A DNA stretch of 64,000 nt from Hyphochytrium catenoides (taxonomy: Eukaryota > Protista > Hyphochytriomycota): contig FLMG01000904.1 of the NCBI GenBank assembly GCA_900088475.1, positions 1 through 64,000 on the forward strand, given 5' to 3'. A program made the position numbers and the translations under genes. Shown in pieces: positions 1-11,300 of the stretch; position 1 is the first letter of the stretch, and every line of letters begins with the position of its first letter. The notes beneath the pieces were generated by a model that saw only the letters and a list, made by a program, of their open reading frames with translations, did not search any database and was not told the DNA's origin.

Positions 1-160
1 CCGCCTGGCTCTGTCTCGCAGGAATCCCCGCTACAACCACCATAATCACAATACTCTAGCTGTGTCTCATGAAAATCTATTATTGTGAGGAATAAAACCT
101 CGACTGCTTGGCAGTACCACTTGAGACCACCCCGTCCTCTCCGTTTATAGAGTTTGACTC

Positions 161-214
161 TTTCTCTCTGTCTCTGACTCTCTCTGTCTCTCTCTCTGTC
201 TCTCTCTCTGTCTC
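161..214. repeat. Imperfect (TC)n/(TCTCTG)n microsatellite
   Basis: Sequence reads tttctctctgtctctgactctctctgtctctctctctgtctctctctctgtctc. It produces the spurious ETERETER ORF at 80..352. Confidence 0.85.
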
Positions 215-638
215 GTGCTTCTCTGAGCCTGTCTTGTGAAGGAAAGAACAGAGAGAACAAACCAGTTTTAGTGGCCAATCTGCGGACTGAGATTTCTCTG
301 GGACTTTTAGCCGCTGCTTTGCCGCACGATTCTCTGTCTTTGCTTCCCTCATTGGCTCTTCCTCACTGACTGTCCTTCAGTTTCAACCCAGACCAAGGCC
401 AGAGATCCTCTTGAACGAAGTACGGCTTCTCTGCAATCCTTTCACAAGAGCCTGCCTGGGTGCAGTCAAAGGTGGTTACAATCTAGGTAGATTGGTCGAA
501 ACGGGGCCGCGAACGCTTGCAAGTTCTGCGCCGGGGTAAGGGAAGCCTGGGTGGGGAGAGTCTCCTGACTCCAAATATCAAGCAGACTGCACTTAAGGAG
601 CTCAATCGCTTGTAGGTACGCAAGGAAGGCTTCCTACA

Positions 639-1964
639 ATGTCTTTCTCAAGAGCAGCGTTTGGTTCTTTCCTACTTTTAAGTGTGTCGGGCGTCTCCGT
701 CGCGCAAACTTGCTTAGACGAGTGGAAGGAATGTACGAAGAACAAGGGTGGCTGTTGCAAGGGCTTAACTTGTAACCCTATCAGCGAGTGGTACGCGCAG
801 TGCGTAGTCCAGAGTAGCAAAACGACCGGCACCTCGCCAACAGCTTCTCCAGATAACAATGCTAACAACAAGGTCACCGACAATAGTGAAGCAACTAACG
901 ACTCTAACGGCGCTACCATTGCACTTGCCGTCGTGATTCCAGTGGTGGCTCTTGTCCTCTTAATCGGGGGATTTCTATTCTGGAGAAGGCGGCGTCAGCG
1001 GGCAGTGTCCAATGGAAAGGAGGATAGCTTCACTGCTGTGGACACCCCTCCTATGGCTGATTTTAGTGCTGGTGACCGCCCACTTGCTGCTGTAAATGTC
1101 GTCGCTCACTCAGAACCGGAGCTATCGCAAGTACAACCTTTTCTGAAAGCTTCGGAGGCCTCCGGCGACAAAGACTCTGCGACGGAGTCGAGCGCGGCCT
1201 CCTCGCCCTCTGTGGACACCACAGCAAATGGCGCGGTGCCGATTGCGGGAACTGTTGTCGGTCTAAGTACGCTGCAGCTATCTCACCAGAATTCAAGCGC
1301 GCCGCCGGCCCCAGAGGACGCTTCAATGTCAGCGGATCGGCATGAACCTTCGGCGGTGGTGACAAGCAACACAAGCTATGCAGCTCCTACAGAAAGCTCT
1401 TTGATCTCCGATTACCTCCCCCTGGGCGTGCAGATAGTACCCGCCCCAGAATCGCGGGTCTCAAGGTCATACGGCCAACAAGCCAGCATCTACGGCAATT
1501 ATGCATTCAGACCATCCTCGCCTAAAGACGCTGCAAGCAGATCGAGCCTTACCATGACAGGTAGCTCCACAAGAATAAGCGCCGGCTTCGGCGTTGCAAG
1601 ATCCAGTCATGCACAAAGGGTTCCGAGCAAAGCCACTATACGTGACTCTACCGGCAACATTATAGCTCCGCAAAACGTAGGCTTTGCTTCTGGAGCACCA
1701 AGGGTGCGAGAAGTGTCTCAAGAGCTGGCCAACAACCGAACCAATACGATGGTCCAAGACTATACCGCTCCACAAGGAAGCGATACCTTCCTCTCCTTCG
1801 ATCCAGACGACTCGAATACATCACAAGCAACAAGTCACAGCTATGTCAGTGATAATGGCGTGGCGTCAGAGACTGACAACTCTATGGCATCCCTGGATGT
1901 TGATGCCGTCAGGATGCAGAAAGAACGGGACGATGAGGACGAACGAGTTTCATTCGAGCTTTAA
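639..1964 (+). CDS. Type I membrane protein with an N-terminal CBM1-like Cys knot, Ser/Thr/Asn linker, one TM helix and a long disordered cytoplasmic tail
   Basis: Uninterrupted 441-aa ORF. Signal peptide (MSFSRAAFGSFLLLSVSGVSVA), then CLDEWKECTKNKGGCCKGLTCNPISEWYAQC, which ends in the CBM1-type WY.QC motif. TM segment IALAVVIPVVALVLLIGGFLFW is followed by an RRRRQR stop-transfer. Possible 5'UTR intron at about 536-615. Confidence 0.8.
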   Translation: MSFSRAAFGSFLLLSVSGVSVAQTCLDEWKECTKNKGGCCKGLTCNPISEWYAQCVVQSSKTTGTSPTASPDNNANNKVTDNSEATNDSNGATIALAVVIPVVALVLLIGGFLFWRRRRQRAVSNGKEDSFTAVDTPPMADFSAGDRPLAAVNVVAHSEPELSQVQPFLKASEASGDKDSATESSAASSPSVDTTANGAVPIAGTVVGLSTLQLSHQNSSAPPAPEDASMSADRHEPSAVVTSNTSYAAPTESSLISDYLPLGVQIVPAPESRVSRSYGQQASIYGNYAFRPSSPKDAASRSSLTMTGSSTRISAGFGVARSSHAQRVPSKATIRDSTGNIIAPQNVGFASGAPRVREVSQELANNRTNTMVQDYTAPQGSDTFLSFDPDDSNTSQATSHSYVSDNGVASETDNSMASLDVDAVRMQKERDDEDERVSFEL

Positions 1965-2336
1965 AAGCTTATATTAGTATCTGCAGTTTTGACTGCATGA
2001 TGACAAAGCAAAACACCTTATTTAATCTAGCAGGGCTAGCAATGGGAGATCAGCTAATCTCTTATAGAAATGTAATGCAAATGATCCCACATTTCGCTTG
2101 ACAGATACGTTTGTACGCTGGAGAGAGTGTAACATTTGTCAGTAGAGCTAATAATATTGTAGGTCTCTGCAGAACTCCATAAAGGAGGCCGTGCTAAGGC
2201 GGATTCCCTCCTTATGTATACAACTCAGCGAAACGCAGCGACCTCAAGAGAGAAAGCGACAGCTCGCGCTGGACATTTCTTGTATGATATTTACAATCTA
2301 CATTGCCTATTATCAAATCAGCCGCAATGGCTACTA

Positions 2337-5300
2337 CTATACGTTAAGCTGTGTCAGCAGGGCTGCCCCTCTTTTAATCCAATGCTTCTGAGAGTGTAGC
2401 CCCGCCATAGGCAGCCTGATGAACATCACAAAGTTGGTTGAATGTCCAGTGGTGGACAGCTCTCCTCTTCTAAGACTAGTTTTGTAGACAGGACACAGGT
2501 ACATATGGGCAGTGCCGTTAGGGTCCGTGTCTTTGACGGGTTCAATGTCCGTCCTAGGCTTAGGCAGCAGCCATATGGTTGGCATGGAGCAGTACAGCTC
2601 TCGAGGTCGGCTCTCTGCCATAACATTTTTGTTAAGGTCCCAAGAAGCCCCTTCCAGAAATAGTCCCTCGATATATGCTCCATCTGGGGCGCGGCTGCTG
2701 ATCTTCTTGATCTCATCAGGGGTAAGCACTCTCATGTCATAGGCAACCTGATCGATCGGCTTGTGGTGCTTTCTAGCATAGTTCTGTAGCGTCCCGGTAA
2801 TAAATGCCTGCGTGAAGAAAAATCCTGAAATCCAGAAGACCTTGGGGGCCGACCGGCGCACTAGCCATTCATTGAGAAAGGAGAGGCGCTCCAGAAGGTC
2901 GCTAACCCATGCACCCAGAGGTTTAAGGGATGGATATGCTACCGAGGACCACATCAGAGGCACCTGGCCATTGACCATGCTATTGCCCATGGCCTCAAGT
3001 TCTCCAGACATCACGATTAATCCCTTTATAGCTCGTTGAACCTCCACCAGCGAGCGCTTTACCACAGAGAGAAGGCGGTTGTACCTGTCCGATAAAGGCG
3101 AGGCACCTCGGGTCAGGCAAAGCTCAATCATATAGAACATATCTAACATCATACCGGATAAGTTCCTGCGTGAGGACAGTATTCATGGATTCATGATACT
3201 CTACAGGAAAATCCAGAGCTGCCTTCTCAATGTCAAAGAGCTTGGGCAGTCGTACGGCTATATCTTCCGCTGTTGTCTCTAGAACCTCTTCCCAACTCTT
3301 AGCTCCTCCCCCTGAGCTTCTGGGCTGTAGTGAGAGTGCGGTCTCTAACAGTTGGTTTGTCTCTGCCAGGGCGCAGGAGATATTTGCGTTCTCATGCAAA
3401 CCGAAAACTTCCGGCTCCTCATTAAGAGGCAGTCCTTTGATATACTCCAGAGTTTGGCCCTGTCAATAGCATGTTTTTTAGCGTTATGAGAGTTAACTTA
3501 ATAAAGAAGAGATCAATATCTTCATTGAGAACATCCTACCAGAGAGCCGTTCTTAGGCGCATAGTAAACGCTGGAGGGTGAGAACTTGTAGTTTTCATTG
3601 AGAATCTTGGGAGTGTAGAAGTCCGAAAGGATGTTCATGATGCACCGTCGATCTTTGTCATCAGTTACCCTGCCTCCATAATTGCATTCACCAGCCAGGT
3701 AGGCAAGGGCTGCATATGGCACCGGATCGCCAGATGGCAAGTCATCAAGGAACATTCGTAACTGATCTCGTGAGATGTTGAGGTCGGGCACAGAGAAAAC
3801 ATACTTGATGTTCCAACCTAAGAAGTGAGCGCAAGTGTTAGGTACCGAATGATGAGGTTTGCAGAGCGAACTCTTCCCGGATTGTTATACCTAACGGCCC
3901 GAATTTGCCTCGCTCTCGGACTGTCGCGTGAAAGAAACACAACCCAAACAGCAGCTTCTTGAACTCCTGAGGGCGATGACAGCTCTCAAACCAGTTCTCA
4001 TCAAAACTGAGGTAAGATCCTGCCAAGTTTGCCCGCATTCCTACCGAAGAGAATAGTTAGATGGATCGTGGTATAACCGCCACCTCATTCATTCTCACCC
4101 TTGGGAGGCTCGTTCGTCATTTTCACTCCGTTTTGCAGTATGAAGGGCGGAAAGCTTTTGCTAGGTTCACTGGTTAGCCAGAGTCTAAAGTTGGCATGAA
4201 CCCTATCCGGAGAAATCTCTTCACATAGCCGCTCTAAGGTGGGAAGCCAGCTGACGCTCAGATGACAATTCTGCAGACAAACCTGTGGCATAGGAAGTCC
4301 AGATAAGGGGCTGAGGATATGGCTATTCAAAGAAACTTGTCCTCACCCATGTTCCTTTGTCAATCGCTTCCGCAATAGCGTTCTCCGCAAGAGGTCCTTG
4401 GCCTTGACCCAGAGATATAGCGACAAGCTTTTTGCTGAACCCCAACTCATTGGCAAGCTTCAGAAGCTCACTCATGGGATCTGCGAGATGTGCATCAGTA
4501 GAGGTAAGTAAATCGCTTCCTAATACGGTTTTACCGGCGCCTGGGGACAAGACAAAAATTAGCGGCGTTGCGCAATTAGAGTCTCGATAAGCTGCCATTA
4601 GGTCAAAGGGTGGTGGTTCAATGAAACGTTGTCCTAGTTGTTCCTTGACAAAGTCTTGGACAGCTGGTACAACTTTATCCGGTCGCAGACAGCGCAGCAC
4701 CTGTGAAGACATTGGAGCTAGTTAGGAACTTTCAATAGTAGGGAAGTAAGGTGGCCAAGCACCTACCATCATCTGCTGAAATTTGGAGAACTTGTCACCA
4801 AGAAGCTTGCCCACCTCAGGGCCAGGAGTTGGAGAGTTGAAAAGCTTCTCCCACTTGCTAAGACTGCTTGCTACAAGATCATCTAATCCAAAGAACGGCC
4901 GGAACCCTTGACTCAATCCCACCAGGTCACTCCACATCTTGTCTGAGAGCCAGCCGCCTGAGTAAACTGGATTTGGCTTTAAAACAGCCATGGCGGTATT
5001 GCCTGTGAGAAAGTACCGCAGCTCGCCATAGTCCAATTGATTATCTCCCTGCATGATTTTGCAGCAGAGGAGGAAGGAGAACAGCAGCTTGTCTTTCTCA
5101 AATAGTGACCGGCAAACATTTTGATAGAGCATAAAGGTGAAGGCCGTGTTCAAGCTCTCCAATCTCTCCTTCAAATTAGCGCCTTTCGGAGCCCGTTCGA
5201 TTGTAGACACAAAAAGCGAAATGAACCTGTCAAGAGCAATGTTCTTAGCACTTGGACTTAGGTGATGCACAAAAGGTGTCGGGTGGCTCACCAGTCCAGA

Positions 5301-8300
5301 GAGTACTGATACATCGGGTCCACAGCGGCAAGGTCTGCAATGCAGAAGAAGAGTTGGCTAGCACGGAATGCTACTGGGGTGTACCCTTCCCTAGTCTTAG
5401 CGATTATCTTCTGTGTCTTCTCCGCCTCCTTCACCTTTTCCTCTATAATTCCGGAAGTCACCTAGCAGCGATGTTAGGCGGATTAGTCGAAGGTACGGGA
5501 CTCTCAACAAGTATGGAAGGCACCTTCGATTGCCCCAAAGTGTTAATTAGTGATTCGTCATCCAGAATATTCCCCTGAGCAGATTGGAGGAGCCGAAGGA
5601 TTTCATCCTCAATTTCTTTGAGGATACGCTTATTTTTCGCATCTTCCAGGACTAGCTTCTCTCGCTGAAGCTCCAGTTCTGCTTCTTCTTTGGCCACGAC
5701 CACACCTAACATCTGGTCCTGCAAACCCTCCGACGTCGCCATAAAGTTTAGAAGGTTGACCTTCACACAGACTTCAGGTGGATAATGTGGATTCCTAAGC
5801 TTGGTGGTGATATACAGTCGGAATCGTCGATCATACTCCACAGTCTGGTCCCCAAGGCGGATGGTGGAAACTCCACCGACAGTAACAATTTGCTTCAGTA
5901 AAATGGGCTCTAGCACAGGATCTAGTTCCTCCGGAGCGTTCTCTATCAAAACCGGTGCTCCAAACTGGATGGCATTCTCTATCGTTCTAACAAATGTCGG
6001 TTGGAATTGCTTAACCACCTGTCACAATACCGGAGTAAGATAACCATAACTCCATCCGGTAGTTGCGCCGATTGTTACCCGAACTTATGCGTTATCGTCT
6101 AAGGTACTCCCCTCAGAGGTCCTTTCCCTTATCTTCTCTGATTCTCATACGACGTTCCACTAAGCTCTCTTCTCACTGTTCTCCTTACCTTGAGGTTGTT
6201 CTCCGCCTCCATATTTTTCACCCATCGATTGGCCTGGCCCTGCGGATCTATCATCAATGGCCACCTGTTGCTTTTTTGGAGCATAATGGCATTGTCAATA
6301 CTGAACGAATCGTTTGGAAGCTTTGCAATAGTCCAAGCCCGAATCTTGACTGGGTCTCCCAAGGTATAGGTCATGCGGAATGGGGATGAGCAAGGAATAG
6401 ACCGAGCCATCAATAATGCCGACCACTGCTGGATCGCCTCTTCCCTGTAAGCACTAGTGAAGGCTCCCAAATAAGCTATTACGCCAGCAGAAAGTACAAT
6501 GTCACCGACGACATTATCGTACTGCGCGGATAGTGGAACCCATGGGCAGAAGTGCAACAGGAATGAGAATGGAGGAGTCTTAGCAGTCAATACTGGCATT
6601 GATATGATGAACATAACGTCGATAGAACCCGTCGATGATGTATATCAAGTAAGTGGGTACGACGATGAAGGAAACTGCTCCACTTTGGATAAAGGAGGCA
6701 GATCCTTGAACAGGGAGGCGATCGTCGAGAGCCACTACATAGAAATAGCAGGTACACATGTCCGGCATCCTTACCTCGACTTGGAGCTTCTCTACCGTTT
6801 GTGCCCATCGAGACCTCTCGCCGCCTAAACCTCCAATAAGGGCCTCTGCTCTACGCAGCTTTGAACTGCAGTCGTCCACCTGTAACCAGATAAATGGGTA
6901 CACAGGCCCGAGAAAAGGAGATGTAAGTTTGCTCAACTCACCTGTTTCTGCAGGTTGCTTTTCTTTTCTTGCGCACCTCTGAGCTGCTCCTGAAGAGCTG
7001 CTACCTTATCTAGCACTTCCTGCAGCGCTGCCTGCTTAACCTTTAAAGCTTCCATGGCTACTGCCAGGTCTTGCTCTGCCTTTTGAAGCGCTTGCCTTTT
7101 TGGTCCCACTTGTTTTGCCACTCTATCATACACCACCATTGCATGAACCCATCGGCACAGGCCTACGGCAATGTCGGGCGAAGCAGGTAAGAAGGAGCTT
7201 TTGTTCGGTGATGATTGCTTCCTAGTGGAGTTATGCCTGATGCTGCGCCTTCTTGCATCTTACCGGCAGCGGCTACGGAGGCCTTCTTAACTTTGTCCGG
7301 GTTAAAATCAGCATTTTTGGTGAAAGGTACCACCTTTTGCATCACGTCTGGGTTGATGTTGTCCTTGTCAAACTCCATAAGGTTCTTCAGGAAGTTCGCG
7401 TCATTTAAGAGTTCTTTTTGGGCGGCGATCCAGTAATCCTCTACGTTTTTCCCATTTGCATCCTTCACTTTGACGGGTCGGACACCCATCATCAAGCATA
7501 CGGCTTCCATGGTCACCTTCACGCCATCCGGAGGCTTCTTCATCGCTTTGACCTGAGACGGAAGAAGTGAGAGGGATCCGACATTCTTCGTGTGGTCATC
7601 AGGGCTCTCTATGTGAATCCTTCAGAGGTTGTAAAGCTTAACCCGTTCTCCATACTGGCGCCTCTCCCATCTCTTCATTTACCTCTGTGATGTCGTTCTT
7701 GGTGAGCGTTTGTAATGCAGTTACGGCGCTTTCTAGAGCGGGCAAAGCCTCTGCCAGATCTGCCTGACAGCTCAGTTTCATCTTTTCCGCCTCAGCAGCC
7801 TATAGATAAACCCCCATCACGTTATTCGGGTGGTTTGTGGTCGATGAGGCTGTATCAGTCTTTACCTGTTGGTTACATATTTTTTCTTCGCTTTCCACGA
7901 AATCTTTCGTCTTATTAGCTTCTTTCTGCTCCCTTGAAATAGTTTCTAGCAGTGCATCTGTGTCTAAGCTAGCCTGCCGAAGTTTGGGCTGCAGTGCCTC
8001 CAGCTCAATTTGCATTGCAGCTACTTGCTCCGCCGTCTCTACGAGTTTCGTCAGCCCGTTCGCATATCGTTCCTTCTGCGACCTGACTTCATTCCTTTTC
8101 TCTGAGCAGAGGGTCTTAAACGTGTTGATCAGTTCGAGATAGCTTGTTGGCGTAACGTAGTAATGTCGTCTGAGTGATTGAAGAAAGGATTTTGACATCG
8201 CCGTTACTCGCTCCTGCATGTCCACGCATACATCCACCACGCCGCTCTTTACATCGTCAGAAAGTGAGACGTCTTTGAGGAAGTACACTGCAACAGATCG

Positions 8301-11300
8301 AAGCGCTTCTTTGGGCCATTCTGTAAAAGAATTTCGGTAAGTCCATCCGTTATTGTTATATAATTTTAGTAGTGGATGTACTCCATGCTTTCCCAATAAC
8401 CTTAAAGAGAAGGGTTGGTCAGCTCCTTTACCTGTAAACCAGTCAATCGTGCAGCAATTCACAAGCGAGGGAAACATCCGCAATCTTGTCCGGAAGGCAT
8501 CTCCAATGGGGCTCAGAGCAAGTACAATGTGGAGGTTCTTCCTTGACCTCTCCACAAAGAAGTTCTCAACCTCGCTGGGATTGCTCCCATTAAGTCCGGC
8601 TGCTGTGGCAGCTGCACCACACATCTCCACAATCTGTGCGCTTTCTTCTGGATTCCAAAGGTTAGCCACTTCCCCTATTGAGGAGGGAAGGAAAGTGAGA
8701 CTGCTGCTAAGATGGTGAGACCCGCACGATATGTAAATACTCACCGGTGTTGAGGATGCCGTTGATATCTTCCAGAAACGATTCGTGAACGATCTGAGTG
8801 TCTGAGAAAAGGAAGACGGTAGGCTTGTCTTGACCTCCTGCCAGCATCATCACCTGGAACAGATAATATCAATACGAACTTCTGGCGAGAAGTGTCACTA
8901 AGCAAGAGAAAAAGCACCAGGACAATTGTAACAGAAATTCGTCCTCTCCACGGCTCTGACTAACTCATATGAGCGATAGCCAAAACCTTCCAATGAACAT
9001 ATTGGAAGGCGGGCAAAGAAGCTCCTCCACGAGACATGGGGTGCCTTGCACCACAGTTAGCAGAAGCTCTGAAGCATTGGGCCATACCTTCTTTAGATCC
9101 TCACGCCATTCAACCTTTCCATAGCTCTTAGTGATCTCGATTTGGAACAGCATGTACTCAGCGATATAAACCGCCAAGGTTGTTAAACTCTTTCGTCCGC
9201 TGCCACCGACTCCCACTAGGAGAGCATTCCCAAACGGCTGGTTGATAACACGGCTAATGCGAGCTATGTGCTCAACCGCGTTTGCGAAGAGTACTAGAGA
9301 CATGGGTTTGGAGGACATGTTATTAAAGTCCTCTAAGTACTCCGCCATAGCCTTTGCCAATTGGTCTCTATCCTCCAGCTCAGAGTACACACGACTTTCT
9401 ACCGACTTGCTCATAAAGTTTCCGTAGAGGAGCGTGTCGTTTGGACCCCGAACCTTCAAAGTAAAGGCTATTAGACCACACAACCGACTAGAGGGATGGA
9501 CAATGAAGGGACTGCAGAGTCATAAGAGAGAGAGATCGTCTGATTTCATGGGGAAGGTTGAGAACACTGAAAGTCATGGTACTGCACTGCAGGACTGTAA
9601 CAAGAAAGCACTGGATTGCTAGGACCGAACCAGCTCCAATTCTAACGCAGAACTGAACCCAATCTGACGCTCGCTTCCTTCACCTTGGTATCATAATCCA
9701 GCTTAAAGTAATCCTTGACAGCCTCTCTTAAGGTTCTGCCGAACCATTCTCGATCTTTATCGTCGATAAGACGGTCCGAAAAGACTCTCAGGCACTCATG
9801 ACTCCAGAGACGGATAAGGTCGGGCCCCGTTTTGATGAGATTTACATCTCCTTGAGTTACGCCTTGGAAAACCTAGAAAGAATTTCAGGAGATGATGTCG
9901 TGGTAGACAAAAAGACTGAAGCGTAGACTATTTGAAAGGTTCGGCAGGGTACTACCTAATTTAACCCGACGGCATATAAGCAAAAGTCCTTCCGTAATCT
10001 CTTATTACCTTTGACAGGTCTCTGAGGTTGAACGTGTAATGGCTTTTGGCAGGGGTAGGAAGTAAGTTCGTGGAGATCTTATCATAGATTTCAATGGTGG
10101 CTGCTACTGCCTGGGGCCCAATAGCCTAATAGAATGAGACGCATGAGAGCCAACCGGATGAAGACAAACGTAAAGAGAAAACAGACAGAGATCTTGCATT
10201 ACTTCCAAATGGTCAACCATTACCTTGACAGCTGGCTGAAAGGGTCCCAGATACCATTCCATGATAGTATTGAAGATTCGTGACAATGAATCCTTGAGGA
10301 ATGGGACGAAACTCAGGAGGTTGAAGTGTCGAATGTATCGCTGGGTTATTTTGGACCTTCCTCCTCCTGGTGGGCCCATAGCAGCAATAAATTGCATGTC
10401 CACCTGAGTAAACAGACCACGCATCAGTAACCAGCAACAGAGATCACAGACAGTAACTCAATAGACTAAGAAGAACAGAAGAGTGCTCAGGAGGCCGATA
10501 TCAAGAACTTGAAAGAGATGTTGTGGGACAACCGTCCTTCCAGGCTTGTCCATCCAGTAGAACTTACCAAGTACTTGAAGGAGTTATCCGATCTCTCGTA
10601 CCAGCCAGCGTGATCCATCCATTGTCGGAGCAGCTCGATAGGTGGCTGTGCCCCAAATGCTTCTTTCGCGGGCATATTTAGGTCGTCCACAAAGACTAAA
10701 CATTGGCTGCCTACCGGGGGACCATAAACACCCTTGCGCCTGCAGAGTCGAGTTCAGTCGTTGCGTAGCCTATCCTTTCATTATCGCTCAGCTTATAAGC
10801 TCACCTCTTGTCTAGCTTGCCGTCAATAATATCCTGGGTTTGGTTAGCACTTGTCCGTGCAGAAAAGCTGAGGAGAATGGACTTGTAATTTTCCGCAAGG
10901 CCCGTCAAAATCTTCTTACGAATAGAAACAGACTTCCCTAGGGATGGCGTAGAGCGAGTTGGTAAGAGTCAATCGCTAAGACAGGGAAGGAGTCAGAGGT
11001 CAGTTGCCTCCTTTGAGGTTAAGCGGCTGTAAAACGTGTAACTTTCACTGCGGCCGTGTACGTACCTGTTCCTGTGTCCCCAGTGACGAGTACATGGTGA
11101 CCACGAGTTATGAGTGTGTCTAGAATGAAATCGCGTCTTTCCGTATCGACAGTGGGAACCAAGATTGAGTTGAAAGCGGCGTCTTTTGGAATTGAATAGC
11201 GGGGGCAGAGATCGTTCCAGTTCTATAGAGCCACAAGCAGTCAGACTCATGGTAGGCCAGCAGCTGCTACATTCTTATGCGGCCTGATACGATAGAGAGG

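Noticed and set aside
80-352. 90-aa minus-strand ORF with ETER repeats
   Set aside because: It is a translation of the TC microsatellite and has no other coding evidence.
6601-6646. Imperfect hairpin and ATGATGA in a long dynein intron (snoRNA/SECIS candidate)
   Set aside because: The box C-like motif is antisense to the host gene, there is no matching box D or terminal stem, the stem has several bulges, and the site is not a 3'UTR.
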